Positions 1-13,664 of a stretch of DNA of 64,000 bases are shown piece by piece (positions within the stretch are counted from its first letter, which is position 1; each line of letters opens with the position of its first letter). Made by a program: the position numbers and the translations under genes. A model generated the notes under the pieces. That model saw only the letters and a list, made by a program, of their open reading frames with translations. It did not search any database and was not told the origin of the DNA. Source of the stretch: Octopus bimaculoides (lineage: Eukaryota); the NCBI RefSeq assembly GCF_001194135.2, contig NC_068986.1, positions 68,616,670 to 68,680,669 on the forward strand, given 5' to 3'.

Positions 1-21
1 ATATATATTTAATCTTTAATC

Positions 22-392
22 TTTTACTTCTTTTAGTCATTAGACTGTGGTGATGCTGGGGCACCACCTGGAAGAATTGAAGTTGAATGAATTAATCCCA
101 ATACTTATTCTTTTTTCATTCTTTAAAGATTGGTACTTAATTTATTAGTTTCTTTTATCAAACTGCTAAGTTACAGGAATGTAAACACACCAACACTGGT
201 TGTTAAGAATGCTGGGTGGGGAACAGACAGACACACACATTTATAATAGGTTTCTTTCAATTTCTGTTCACCAAATCCACTCACAAGGTTTTGGTCAACC
301 TGAAACTATAGTGGAAGACACTTGTCAAGGTGCCACAGAGTGGGACTGAACCTGAAACCCTGTAGTTGGGAAGCAGACTTCTTGCCACACAG
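22..392 (-). mobile_element. tRNA-derived SINE, family A, older diverged copy
   Basis: Co-linear with the young copies at 7433-7880 and 12677-13075 (ccaaatccactcacaagg, gtgggactgaacc, cagtcattagactg). Confidence 0.85.
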
Positions 393-424
393 ACATATAC
401 ACATGTACGTGTATGTAAAATATT

Positions 425-725
425 GGATGCACTCATGGCTGGAAAGTTAAGGTGCTGGGTTTGATCTTGGGTAAGGGTCTTTACAATAATCTCAGGTCAA
501 CCCCAAATCCTGTTGATGACATCAGGTAGACAGGAAATACATGGAAGCTTATCAGTTAGACAGTCCATGTAATTCAAAGGAGCAGACTTATCATATATTG
601 TGACATGCTAATTTACATACCTGCGGAGGGATATATGAAGGTATATATATCTGTGGAATACTCAACCACTTAAATGCTAATTTAATAAGTCAGATGATCA
701 GTTGACTGAACAACCAGTTGCTCAT
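425..725 (+). mobile_element. Highly decayed SINE with family-B-like 3' half
   Basis: gaaggtatatatatctgtggaatactcaaccactt resembles family B taagggtacacgtgtctgtggagtgctcagccactt. Confidence 0.55.
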
Positions 726-1091
726 CAGTAAAACCAATGGAAGATTCATCATAAAATAAAACTTAAGGCATGCTTTTTTAGAAAACATTATTTTTAGTCT
801 GGTTTATGAAAAGTAGACACTTTAATTAGACCACAGGTTTTTCTCTGAGGATAGAAAAATAAATTGATCTGACTGGTTTTGTTGTTTATCTAAATCTCAG
901 AGATTGATTTCCACACTTTCAGACCACTAGTATTTAATATTTTAATTCATGAATAAAAAAAAAATTAAAAAATGACAACATTGTCTGAGTCTTCTAAAAG
1001 ATGTAAATTTCAGGTTGTACCTTTTTATGCCATTACTTGCTTATATCATACTTCAGCAGAATTACATTTCTTCATGTGTTTCAGTCTTTAA

Positions 1092-1381
1092 CCCATTACC
1101 TCCCATAATTCTATTAACTGGAATTTTTTTATGAAACTTTGATTTCTAGCATAAAACAGCCTTAGAAACACGCTGGAATGATCAAAATAACATTTCAAAA
1201 TAACATTTTAAATAGAAATAAGCGAGATATTGGGTGAAAAATTAGCAAACCTCATTTGGATATCAGAGAAATATACCTAATAGATATAGCAAAAAGGTTA
1301 GATATGTGTAAATATTGACAGATAATTACGAAACTTGTAATTTTTAAGTGATCTCATATGAGATCACTGGTAGGTAAAGGG
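1092..1381. mobile_element. piggyBac-type MITE, 290 bp
   Basis: TTAA at 1088-1091 and 1382-1385; termini CCCATTACCTCCC and GGTAGGTAAAGGG form a 13-bp TIR with 2 mismatches; internal perfect 22-bp palindrome agtgatctcatatgagatcact at 1347-1368. Confidence 0.8.
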
Positions 1382-2479
1382 TTAATATTACTAAACCTCT
1401 ATCTATCACTTGGATTATCCATAACTTCTACATTCTTCTTATACCTCAAATTTTTCCTTTAAAATTTTTTTTGTTTTAATTTAATAAGCTATATTAATTA
1501 ATTTTTTCTTCCAATTCATGGAGACAGGTATTTTTCATATAGATTATTTGATATATAAACATTACCATTAAGTAACTTAGTCCCCCTCCTCTGCCACTGC
1601 TATCTTGGAAAAGGCATGAACATCACAATCTGATTATTAATCCTCCATAAAATTTAAGCCCTTGTGCTTTTGCAAAAGATAATGATTTACAAAGCAAGTA
1701 CCATACAGTTGGAGCTGAAGTCCATGCTACAACCAATTCATTTCATTTTATCATTAATATTTTCTTTACATACTCACATATCTAAACTCACACACCCACA
1801 CATACATAATGATAAATGATCAAACCCATTGACTTAAGGGGATTAGTATGTCTATATATCTTCCACAAGCATTAGCAATAAAAGTCAGTTTTACATCTGA
1901 TATGTCATGCTTTATAATGGAACTTATTGGATGTTACAATAAATTAGATGTAGTTGATTGCTACATTTTATACATCTGTACAATTAATTAGATCCCTCAT
2001 TACATCTTACATAAAACAAACATACGTTACATATATGGGCAAATGCTTTACATTGTACTTTCGAATGACAAATTAATCTAAGATCTGAAATGTTCCAGAA
2101 ACTATTCCAAGATAGCCTGAGAAAACCAACAGCAAATGCCTTTCTTTTTCTTTTAATTCTTATAGTTTAGTTTAGTTTATTTGCTGTTCCCAAACCACTT
2201 TCTTTCTGATAATTTCCATTACACATTCTCTACTTATTCTAACAAAAGCCAGTTCATAATCAGCCTCACTTCCTCCAGGATAGTCACATAAAACTTCTTT
2301 CTATTAGTAAAGGATGCATCTAAGTGCATTTACAAATGCTACTATATAACAGAATAAAAGATGATGGGCTGACACCGTTTGTAGATTGGCAACAAAATGC
2401 CCAGAAGTCAACTTTGCTTTCCAAACTTCCAGAGTTGATAAAAGAAGTACTGGTCAAATACTTCACCAGTATAATCATT

Positions 2480-2793
2480 TTAACATCCACTTTTCTATGC
2501 TTGCATGGCTCAGGTGAATTTGTGAGGCAGATTTTCTGCAGCTGGATGCCCTTTCTGTTGCCAACCTTCACATGATATCAAGACAAGGGTACACACAAAC
2601 ACATACACTTGCAATGTGCACAAACTTGCACATGACAAGCTTCTTTCTATTTTTGTCTACCAAATCCGCTCACAAAATTTTGGTTAGCTGGGGCTAAGTA
2701 AAAGACATTTGCCCAAGATGCCATGCAGTGGGACTGAACCCAAAACTAGATGGATGGGAAGCAAGCATCTTAACCACATACCCACACCTGCGC
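2480..2793 (-). mobile_element. SINE with family-A head and RTE-derived 3' tail
   Basis: Head gtgggactgaaccc at about 2727-2740; tail ttctatgcttgcatgg...ctggatgccctttctgttgccaacc matches the RTE 3' UTR seen at 19928-20182. Confidence 0.7.
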
Positions 2794-3282
2794 TTACTTG
2801 GTTGATTTAATTGATTATACCTTCCCCCAAATCTGTGGCCTCATACCAATGTTATAAATCAATATTTGTCAGAGTAAAGGAATTGGTAGAGTATTTACTT
2901 AGTTTTTTTATCCTTCAACATTCTATAAATGAATACTGGTAATATACTGACAGTAGATTTAATTAAAAACATTCCTTCTTTATAAACATGTGACATTGTT
3001 CAGATGCAAAAAAAAAAAATAATAGTAGACAGGATAATTAGTCCATTATTTTAATTATTACATATAACGTTGTGCTATGCGTACATTTTTGTATCCTGCT
3101 ACTATAATTCAAATGATAAGTATTGTTCCTGTTGTGCTTGTAACTTGGCAACATTCTGCATCATTATAGTTTATTTTCCATTTTATAATTTTGTCTGCAA
3201 AGGGCAGTGTCCCATCGCTTTTCTGCTGGAGTCATAGCTCCAGTAGAGCACAAAATGGAGAGAAGGCCCAGAGAAGGCTTAA

Positions 3283-3499
3283 CCCTTTGGCATTCACATT
3301 ATTCTGCCAAAAGTAATGCTTATTTTTTATTCACATCATTTTTAATTAATCATGCATTATCATGTAGCTATGAAACTTTAATGTGGTAACTAAATTTTTA
3401 GAATGATATTGTAGGGTTAGTGTGAGAGATCACATCTGGTCATAAAAACATAAAACAAGTAGAATATTTTGGTTGAATATAGTTGGTTTCATTGCTAAA
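3283..3499 (+). mobile_element. piggyBac-type MITE, family TTAACCCTTTAGCATTCAGATTAC
   Basis: TTAA|CCCTTTGGCATTCACATTATTCTG start; homologous copies at 15574-15795 (opposite strand) and 58204-58335. Confidence 0.75.
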
Positions 3500-3611
3500 T
3501 ACTGTAGGAAGTGATACACTTTAAAAATGGCAGGAAGGGGAATGTTAGGAGATGTGACAGAATTGAAGTAGAGGTGCAGCTACAATGAAGCAGGTGGAAA
3601 ACAAGAGAGGA

Positions 3612-3614
<3 letters not shown>

Positions 3615-3656
<42 letters not shown>

Positions 3657-3680
3657 AACAGGCAGACAGACAGACAGAAA
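3615..3680. repeat. (GA)n and (GACA)n microsatellite
   Basis: Direct reading. Confidence 0.95.
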
Positions 3681-3877
3681 CTGAGAGAGAAGTCAACAGT
3701 GGACAAAGGAATGGATTGAGTGTGGTTGTAAGAGAAAGCTAAATCTTCTACTCTACAGTGAATGATTTTAACTGTGTGTGCTGGTGTTCTTTGAATACAT
3801 TTGTTGTGATGAATTTGTGTGTGTTCAGAACTATTAAATGAAACTATTAAACTATTTCAATAATCACAATTACAAAC

Positions 3878-4310
3878 AACTGGCTGTATGGTAAGAATTC
3901 TGCTTCTCAGCCATATGGTTTTGGGTTCAGACTCACTGAGTGAAACCTTGGGCAAGTGTCTTCTTCTATAGCCTCAGAGTGACTAAAGCCTTGTGAGTGG
4001 ATTTGGCAGACAGAATATTAAAGAAACCTGTCAATATATATGGCACACGTGTGTATGGAGGGGATGTATGCATGCATGTGTGTTATTCTTTCCATATAAT
4101 AAGCAAATGCTGCCATCATGCATACACTGTCCATCATATTCAGTCCTTCACAAAAACATGTCTGGTCATGGAGGAATATTACCTTAATTAGAAACAAGTG
4201 AGGGTTGGTGACAGGAAGGGCATCTGACTAGAAAATCTACCTCAACAAATGCTGTCCCACCCATGCAACCATGGAAAAGTGTACATTAAAATGGTGATGA
4301 TGATGAGTAA
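3878..4310 (+). mobile_element. SINE with family-A head and RTE-derived 3' tail ending (TGA)n
   Basis: Head ggctgtatggtaagaattctgc...cttgggcaagtgtcttc; tail ggttggtgacaggaagggcatc...cccatgcaaccatggaaaag...tgatgatgatga. Confidence 0.8.
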
Positions 4311-4589
4311 ATAAGGTCATGTTATTAATTACCAGGTGAATGAGTTATATATTTACCCTTATATAACATTGATCTCGATATATACTTCAATTTAAATTAT
4401 ATTAATTGAAGTAAACTGGAAAATAAATTAGAAAGATTAAGTACTAGATAAACAACTAAATCACAAAAACAGAATTTTACAGTAATACCGACTTAAATTA
4501 ATAACAGCTTTCCAGTTTGCTCACTCAAATTTAATTTCCAAAGGTCATTCTTAGGTTTTGAGAATATTTTATTTCTGTTTTCGATATAT

Positions 4590-5030
4590 TTAGATGTTGC
4601 TGTGTGGTATGAAGTTTGCTTTCTAATCGCATGGCAACTTGGGCAAGTGTCTTATGTCATAAACCCAGATTAACCAAAGCCCTGTGGGTGGATTTGGTAG
4701 ACAGAAACTGATTTAGTAGAAAGAAGCCTGTATGTAAGTATGTATAAATGAATGTATGTATGTATGTATGCACGTGTGTGTGTGTGTGTGTGTGCGTGCG
4801 CGTGCATGTGTGTGTGTGTGTTTATACCCCACCACTACCACCACCACTTGACAACAGGTAATCATTTGCTTGCATCCCTATAACTTAGCAGTTTGGCAAA
4901 AAAAAAAGCAGATAGAATAAGTGGTTGTTTTTTTTTTTTAAAGTCCTGGGGTCGATTAGCTCAACTAAAATCATTTAAGGTGGTGCCCCAGCATGGCCAC
5001 ATTCTAATGACTGAAACAAGTAAAAAGTTG
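4590..5030 (+). mobile_element. SINE family A, diverged
   Basis: cttgggcaagtgtctt core, gtggatttggtagacagaaactg, 3' end ccagcatggccac...gactgaaacaagtaaaaag. Confidence 0.85.
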
Positions 5031-5774
5031 AAAAAACAAAACATAATAAGCACCATTTATAACAAGAACACACGCTTATTTCAACATCTGCTTTTGATCA
5101 AAGAACATGATGTAATTATTCGTGTAGTTAGCAGAATAATTTGATTCAATAGGTTAGTTGCAAAAATTAATGGAGCACGTGTCAAAATTAGTCCCACACA
5201 AAATAATACTTAGGATATGAATAAGCCAAAACATATTGCAACAAAGCACTATAAAGGACATTAATACAGATACACACACACACACACACACAGTTGTGTC
5301 CAGATGGACGTACATAAACAAAACCATCTATAAGAATGGTGAAGTGGATTAAAGTGTTGTGCCAAGTGAAGAATAGACAGAAAGGCAAAACGCCAAGGTA
5401 ATAACTGAATAGAACATTAATTAAAGGTGCCAGACTGAATTAACTAGTTGCTCTACTTGTGCTGATACTGCCACCAAAATAGATGATTGCCTATTTACAC
5501 TTGCTATTTTCCATTGATTGTCCAATGGCTTTTCAAGCTGAACTACAACTAAAGTTTCGGTGGGACTCTGATATTTTTGGTTACTTTATTTTTACTGCCA
5601 ACACACTAACTTATTTTGATACTGAGGAAAAAAAAAAAGAAGACTTATTTAGTTAACAAAATACCTTTCTAGGAGACTTATTGTTTAGCTCAGTTNNNNN
5701 NNNNNAAAAAAAAAAAAAAAAAAAAGTGGGGTTGGACATAAAACTATAAGACTCCGAAGTTAGTAGATATTAAG

Positions 5775-6120
5775 TTTTTAGTTTAGCCCGTCTTCTACCT
5801 GGTCTCCAAAGACAAAGCCATTTTGCCAAGTATCTCATTCTGCCATCAGCACTTTTAGTTTGTGGATAGAATCCAATCTTGTGTCCTCTTACTGGCTGTC
5901 AATAAATGTCAAGGCAATGTCTCCCATGCTTGTCAGTACCATGCTGTAGGTCCCAGAATATAAGTTTTGATGCTTCTTCTTCTTGATGTTGCCTGCAATG
6001 ACCTGATAAGTGGAGACATTGTTCTCTGATCTTGTTGGTCACTTTTGGAAGGCTTCCATAGAGTTGCTCAGTGATCATGTGCTATTGCCATTTTGCATCC
6101 AGGAGCATTCAACATATCTA
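5775..6120 (-). mobile_element. Decayed 3' end of an RTE/RTEX-like LINE ORF
   Basis: Minus translation EQLYGSLPKVTNKIREQCLHLSGHCRQHQEEEASKLIFWDLQHG fits the LYG.LP.....IR.RRL..AGHC.RH.EE..S.L..W.P.HG C-terminal pattern; frameshifts follow. Clade assignment from memory. Confidence 0.65.
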
Positions 6121-7432
6121 ATGATATATTCTATGTATATATTTATTTATATATTTGTCTAATATCACAATTTGTGAGCAATGCCATCACCAGTTACAGA
6201 TTTCTGACAGACCAATTACTGATTCACTGCAGTTCAGATGTGCATAAGAAGGAAGAAATTGTAATTGATGCAAAGAACTATGACAACAAAGAGCACTGTT
6301 TTTCACCAATGTTTGCAGCTTTTGCTGATATACATCAGCTAAAAAAGACACATACAGCTGACATAAATGTTGGTTGGTTGGTCAGTTGATTTCTTGTTAT
6401 GCTTAACATCAAATAGAGGGATGGGGAAAAGTTAACATAAGAGGTGCAGGGATGAGTAAAAGCATACTATGCACAGTGAAAAAGAAAGAATCAGAGACAG
6501 AAGAGGAGAGGGAGAGTAAGCACATGTGTGCTGGCTGTGTGTGTGTGTGTGTGTGTGTACATACACTACTGACATACGGAGAGGTACAAAACTTTTGGCA
6601 GGAAAGTCTACATGAATTAAATGAAACTAGTCCATAGAAAACAATACAGACACCAAATTATTTAATTCTTGAAAATGAGATTGTGAAGGTTTGGAAAAGT
6701 TGAATAAGAATTGAGGAATTTTATTGCTTCAAACCAACTCTAAAATTAAACTAAAATACACATACATACACACACACATGTATACACATACACACACAGT
6801 ATCATCATCATTTAGTGTCTTCTTTCCATGCTGGCATGGGTCAGATGCTTTGACTGGAACTGGTAAGCTGGAGAGCTGCACCAAGTTCCAGTCTGATTTG
6901 GCATGGTTTCTACAGCTTTCATATAATATTTGTCAACCGAATTCTATAAAAAAAAAAACCCACTTGCCCAAAGTGCTGAACAATGGAATGAAACTCTGAA
7001 CTCTGTGGATTGAAAGCAAAATCCAAAAGTAATGTGTATTTTATTACTTCCAATGAGCTTAGAAATGTTACATACTAGCATTGCTATAACTAATTAACAG
7101 TGTAAAAATTGAAATAATTCCTAAAACATGCAGGATTAACCTCTTCAATGGAATAGTAATAATTTATGGCATTAATTTCAAGTTCCACACCTGGTTTATC
7201 CCTAAGTCACCATCAGTATCTCACATATTTCCTAGTCACCTTTATAAAGGTTTCTTAAAGATGCTAATAAATAAAACTAACATACATGAGATATCAAATA
7301 AGTTGATGATTTAAGAGAAAGTGAGAGAGATAGGGAGGAATATAACCTTGAATGTAGGTATGTCTACTTGCTATAAAGTTTTTCAGGTTGTATGTTTGTG
7401 GTGTGTGAGAGTATGTTTTGTTTTTCTTTCTT

Positions 7433-7651
7433 TCTTTTACTTGTTTCAGTCATTTGACTGCGGCCATGCTGGGGCACCGCCTTTAGTCGAGCAACTCGAC
7501 CCCAGGACTTATTCTTTGTAAGCCTAGTACTTATTCTATCGGTCTCTTTTTGCTGAACCGCCAAGCTACGGGGACGCAAACACACCAGCATCGGTCGTCA
7601 AGCGAAGCTGGGGGGACAAACACAGACACACAAACATATACACACACATAC

Positions 7652-7716
<65 letters not shown>

Positions 7717-7880
7717 TATATACGACGGGCTTCTTTCAGTTTCCGTCTACCAAATCCACTCACAAGGCTTTGGTTGGCCCGAGGCTATAGTAGAAGACAC
7801 TTGCCCAAGGTGCCACACAGTGGGACTGAACCCAGAACCATGTGGTTGGTAAGCAAGCTACCTACCACACAGCCACTCCT
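7433..7880 (-). mobile_element. SINE family A, young near-full-length copy with internal (TA)n
   Basis: CpG-rich, near-identical to 12677-13075 and 28361-28754; tRNA-like head reads GGAGTGGCTGTGTGGTAGG...GGGTTCAGTCCC on the minus strand. Confidence 0.95.
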
Positions 7881-8374
7881 GTGTATGTTAGCTTGTAAAT
7901 GTTTGGATGTAATAGCTTGTGTTTATGAACAAGGCTATATTCATGATTATGTACATACATGAATACAAAGAAACACAGGCAGAAACCCACAGAGGGAGAT
8001 AAGGGTACAAGCAGATAGCAGAAAACATTACTATCAAATAGTGAAAGAAAGTAAACATATAAGTATTCCAATTCTTAAGAATTAGAAATATTATTATAGT
8101 ATTGGTTTGCTCTTATCTGAATGACACACAGACACAAGTTACACATGTAGATAGCCATAATAAAATACCACTGCTCAGACTATTAATAAGTCCACAATGA
8201 ATATATTATCACTATGTAAGAAGCTTGCACACTGCATACACTAAAATATAATTTAGTGAATCTATTTTTAATCTGCTTGACTTTAACTTATCATTGTAAC
8301 ATAGGGTGATTGGATATTGTAGCAGATTCAGATGTCTACAGTGAAACCCTCTTTTTATAACTGATGTTGCTAAA

Positions 8375-8585
8375 GCTGTTTAGCACCAGGTCCTCACCAA
8401 CCAAGCAGACATATAATCAAAGGTGTTCTGGCTATTACCACTTCGGCCACTGTGTATCTAGGACTACATTATACAAAATGTCATCTTGCCCTTCTTTTTT
8501 TCAAAACAGTAGGGTGTAATTTGAGAATGATTTGATTGCTATTCATAGCAGGTTGGATGACCACACAGAGACTCTTATAGATGGC
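8375..8585 (+). mobile_element. Interspersed repeat family E (tttagccccaggtcagc...gggtgtgatttgag type)
   Basis: Related copies at about 10215-10330, 17905-18055, 21640-21815, 58345-58465 and 62795-62880. Class unknown. Confidence 0.6.
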
Positions 8586-10851
8586 TAATCTTTTCCAATA
8601 GTAAATAGTTTTAGTAGCATGCCAACTGATCAGTTACTAACATAATCAACCAATGTCTTTAATTATCATGTCTTTAGGAAATGGTTTGTTTCTAAATGCG
8701 GATAGAACAAAGAAGTATAAATCAAGTGTATGGCAAGGAAGAAATAGTAAAGGCATTAAGGATTACAATATAGATCATTCTTGGCAAAATTTGTACATGC
8801 CCATTGTACAGGTAGAGTTTACAATATGCCTTAAAGTTATGATAGTACCAGAGAGGAAAATAGTTTTCAAAATTTCAGTCTGGTTATAGTAAATATTTAT
8901 ATCATGAGAGTTCTATAAAAAAACAAGAAGACGGCAGGAAAGTTAATACTCCAAATTTGAATAATTGCTAACCAAAATACCTAATAGATAATATCATTAC
9001 AACAGACGTTGAGGATAAAAGAGGAAGGTGAGAAGTAAATGTATGGTGTATACTCTTACTCATGTTTCTATTACTAAACAACAGATGGCAGATAACTTGG
9101 TAGTAACATTACCAGCAACTTACTATAAGATGAAGGTTTAGTAACAGATTTATTCAATAATAGACTAAACAGAACTGGAAAATGATGAAGAGGGTGAAAA
9201 CAGGTAAAACAAGTAATTAAAGGTAACCTGATTAGATTAAATGACTTTAGGTATTTAGTAGTCTCTACATCTGGTGCTTAATTCCCAGTGAAATTAACTT
9301 TGCAGTTCAACCTTCTGAAGTCAATAAAATGTGTATTGCATGTGTACTGAGATTGAGTTCATTGACTACACACTTCTACAGCATGTTTTTCTTTTCTTTT
9401 CTTTCTTCCTAAATTACTTACCCAGAAGAAAAGCAGTGTTGAAGATCTTTTTGGGGGGGCTCCATGAGTTTATACTGGCCAGTTCCTGTCAAACTGTCCA
9501 ATCCATGCCAGCATGGAAGGCGAAGGTTAAATGATGATGAATTTAAGCTTTATCAAAAGGTGGGTTTATTGTCTGCATCTTTTCAAAAGGCCTAAATTGT
9601 ATCCACAACAATGGCACTTAATTCACAAAAACATATGTCCCTTAAATCTAAATCTAAGTACTATAAGATTCTGAGAAAATATAACTCATTTTGGAATACT
9701 GAACAATTAATTCCCAGCCAAGGTGAGTCTATATTTATGACGGGATTGATAAGACTGAAATGCCAGCTATTTAAATGGAAGAAGATATAGAATAAAGGTG
9801 AACAGTAAAGTAAAATTAGGAAAAGAGCCAGGTCTTCAGTTATTTTGGCAGAATATTCATGTTGGTTCAAGCTAACAAACAGAAAAACCTATTCAAAGAC
9901 AAAATAATCATATTGATCACAGTCAATAAACACATGAAATTTCTTTTTAATTGTGAGAATGATGAAATATGATGCAAATAATTTGAGCTGAAATGGAGTC
10001 AAATAATATTTAGAGAAACAAGACCAGTATTACTTTCAGGAAATTTAAATTTAATAAGATGAAGGCAGTAAAATACCTAGTAGAAAAATGTACTGCCTTG
10101 GGGCACAAAGACATTGTCAGCTATTGTTTAAACCATTTTTTGAGTCAGAAATGGGTGAAGTTTTGCAAATTTGTTTAACTTCTGAGATATTTTCAGAAGT
10201 TGAACAAGGTGTTTCCTGTTGTTAACCATTCATTTGGAAAGCAGTAGTAGAACCTACTATCAGTCATGTACTCTGAAGAAAAGAGTTATATGTCTAGCTC
10301 AGAGACACAACATAATCCTTTTAATAGTATTTCACCATTATAGTCGGTAGATCAGAAAATTAATTCTTCAGCCATTAGACCTCTAAAAAGTTTCTTTTAA
10401 ATCCTATGAAAACATAAGATTTGATATATTAACTATGAAATGTTTACACACACACATACACACACACTATGATGAGTGAACAAATTTTTCCTTAAAGAAA
10501 GCAAATGTAAGAGAGTAAGAAACTCTTTGGAACTATGTACACAAATGTTTCTGAATATATAAAGAATACAAAATACCAATATTGCTATCTTTCCCTTCTA
10601 ATATCTGAAGTATAATATATATTAATATTTATAGCACAAAAATTCCTTTGCAGAATAATACCAAATTCCAACAGATAGATGACATTCCAATAGTTATATT
10701 TTTGGTTAAATAGACCAAGTTCAGATCAAGTATTTTGAATTAATTTTAACCTTAAAATTAACTAGGTAAGCCAGTGGTTAACATATTTAATGCATGAAGT
10801 TCACAAAAACAGACCAGAAATAGATATGCAGAGAAGATATATATATAAGTG

Positions 10852-11305
10852 AAGGCCTGGCTGTGTGGTAAGTAGGTTGCTTACAAACCACATGGTTCCG
10901 GGTTCAGTCTCACTGCGTGGCATCTTGGACAAGTGTCATCTACTGTAGTCTTGGGCCAATCAAAGCCTTGTGAGTGGATTTGGTAGACGGAAACTGAAAG
11001 AAGCCCATTCTGCAAATACACACACAAACATATATATTCTTTTATACGTTTCAGTCCAATGACTGTGGCCATGCTGGAGCACCGTGTGTGCGCATGTGTG
11101 TCTGTCTGTCTTTGTCACCCCATCATCGGTTGACAACTGGTGTTGGTGTGTTTATGTCCCTGTAACTTAGTGATTCTCAAAAGTGACTGATAGAATAAGT
11201 ACTACGCTTACAAAGAAAAAGTCCTGGGGTTAATTCCTTCAACTAAAACCCTTTAAGGCAGTGGTCCAGCATGGCTGCAGTCAAATGACTGAAACAAATA
11301 AAATA
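10852..11305 (+). mobile_element. SINE family A with an inverted 3'-end fragment inside (about 11035-11085)
   Basis: Head ggctgtgtggtaagtaggttgc; 3' end ccagcatggctgcagtcaaatgactgaaac. Confidence 0.9.
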
Positions 11306-11371
11306 ATATATGTATATTATTCGGAAATGGCTACTATGGTTTTCGTTTTCCCCTGTCAAACAGAAGAGACA

Positions 11372-11587
11372 ATGGTTTCCAATTTTGGCACAAGGCCAAC
11401 AGTTTTAGAAGAAGGGAATAGTCAATGATACTGACCCTGTATTCATCTGATATTTATTTTATGGATCCCATAAAGATGAAAGGCAAAGTTGACCTTGGTG
11501 AAATTGGAACTCAGAATGTAATGAATTGGAAGAAATGCCTTTAAGCATTTGGTTCAGCATACTAATGGTTCTGCCAACTCACTACCT
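11372..11587 (-). mobile_element. SINE family C, diverged
   Basis: gatgaaaggcaaagttgacc...aactcagaa...ttctgccaactcac is the reverse complement of the head at 62217. Confidence 0.8.
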
Positions 11588-12676
11588 AAAGTTTAACTTT
11601 AAATAATGATGGTCATACTTTGCTTTTTATGTCAGAATAATACCAAAACATGTCTGGGATTGTCTCTCATTCTAGTTGGAAAATTGAAAATAACATCAGA
11701 CACTGACTTGTGTTTATTTCACAACATAAAAACATCTAGTAAAGATTTCCATATTGCCTGTGTTAAGTAGGATAACAATTGTTTGTCATACATATGACAA
11801 CTTTTAATTATTTAAATTATAAACAATTCTATTTTCTTTTGCCAACAAATATCTTAGTGATTCTTTCATCACTACTTTGCAAGTACAGTGAAGGTTATTA
11901 TGGCTTTCATATCAACTCAAAATTAGACCAAAACTGGTTTATTATTGTCAGAAAAATGAAAAGAATATTAGTCATCAACTAATACTTTTTTTTAGCCTTT
12001 TGTTTTTTAAATGTCCCCCCACCACCACCACCACCTTTCCCCATAGCATATTCATTTGAAATAAACCTTTTGATGCTTCCTACATTAATACATTAACACT
12101 GACTTATTGTTTTCCATGTGGATGGCGTTTCTGAATTAACCAATTTATTAGATTAAAAAATTTGTACAAAACAAATGGGACAACTGAAGAACATATAATT
12201 GAATTAACATTAAGTGGCTGAGTTTTCCATAGACATGTATTCTTAATATAATCCTCAGACAGGGTCAGTGAGACATGACTGAACCTCTCATTTAAAAGTG
12301 CAATTAATCTGGGGGTAGGGACTTCCACACAGTTTCCATCAAGTCAGCTTTACTCAAAGGCTTGATTGATCTAAGACTAAAAGCACAGATACTTGCCCAA
12401 GATACCATGCAGTGGAAACGAACCAAGAACTTTGTAATCGTGAAGCAAGTTTCTTAACCATCCAGTCGTACATCTACAAAAACTTATATGTTTGGAAAAA
12501 TATAATGTAGACTAAAAAAAATACTAGCAACAATGAGGTGCAATTGTGTCTATGAGGTTCAGAAGTTTGCTTCCTAACCATATAGTCTTGGGTTCAGTCC
12601 TGCTGCATGGCACCTATGGCAAGTGTCTTCTACTATTGCTCCAGGTCAACCGAAACTGAAAGAAACTTATCATATA

Positions 12677-13075
12677 GGCACGGGAGTGGCTGTGTGGTAA
12701 GTAGCTTGCTTACCAACCACATGGTTCTGGGTTCAGTCCCACTGCATGGCACCTTGGGCAAGTATCTTCTACTATAGCCTCGGGCCGACCAAAGCCTTGT
12801 GAGTGGATTTGGTAGACGGAAACTGAAAGAAGCCCGTCGTATATATGTATATATATATATGTGTGTGTATATGTTTGTGTGTCTGTGTTTGTCCCCCCAA
12901 CATCGCTTGACAACCAATGCAGGTGTGTTTATGTCCCTGTAACTTAGCGGTTCAGCAAAAGAGACCGATAGAATAAGTACTAGGCTTCCAAAGAATAAGT
13001 CCTGGGGTCGATTTGCTCGACTAAAGGCGGTGCTCCAGCATGGCTGCAGTCAAATGACTGAAACAAGTAAAAGAG
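12677..13075 (+). mobile_element. SINE family A, young full-length copy; partial copies flank it (12535-12670, 13100-13385)
   Basis: ggcacgggagtggctgtgtggtaagtagcttgc...gactgaaacaagtaaaagag. Confidence 0.95.
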
Positions 13076-13093
13076 TAATATGCATACATATAT

Positions 13094-13135
<42 letters not shown>

Positions 13136-13664
13136 ATACATACATATGTATGTATTATGTATCTATATATATGTGTCTTTGTATCTGTCCTCCAGCATCA
13201 CTTGACAATCAGTGTTGGTTTGTTTATGTCCCTGTAACTCAGCAGTTCTGCAACAGAGACTGCCAGAATAAGTACCAGGTTTTAAAAAGAAAGTACTGAG
13301 GTCTATTTGTTTGACAAAACTCTTCAAGGTGATGCACTGGTATGGTTGCAGTCCAATGACTGAAACAAGAAGAAGACAAAAGATAAATTAATTATTGAAA
13401 ATATATAACATCATATGCAGCAGAGGTACCATGATTTGATATTATCTTCTCTTCAACACTGGGTTTCATCCTGGGTTTATCTGTATCAACAGTGGGTTCT
13501 TTAGATTTATTTCTGTCAGTTTTAGATATCTCAAGTTTAGTAAAAGTTTCCTGCCTTTATTATCAGTCTAGGTATTGAACTCAATCATAGAGAAGTTATT
13601 CACTGCACTGCAACTGCTGCTGCTATTATTATTATTATTATCATTATCATTATTATTATTATTA

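Noticed and set aside
2324-2480. Protein-like plus frame LLYNRIKDDGLTPFVDWQQNAQKSTLLSKLPELIKEVL
   Set aside because: No convincing splice sites or recognisable family; the rest of the ORF is an RTE tail.
12104-12328. 74-aa minus ORF
   Set aside because: Decayed family-B-like SINE.
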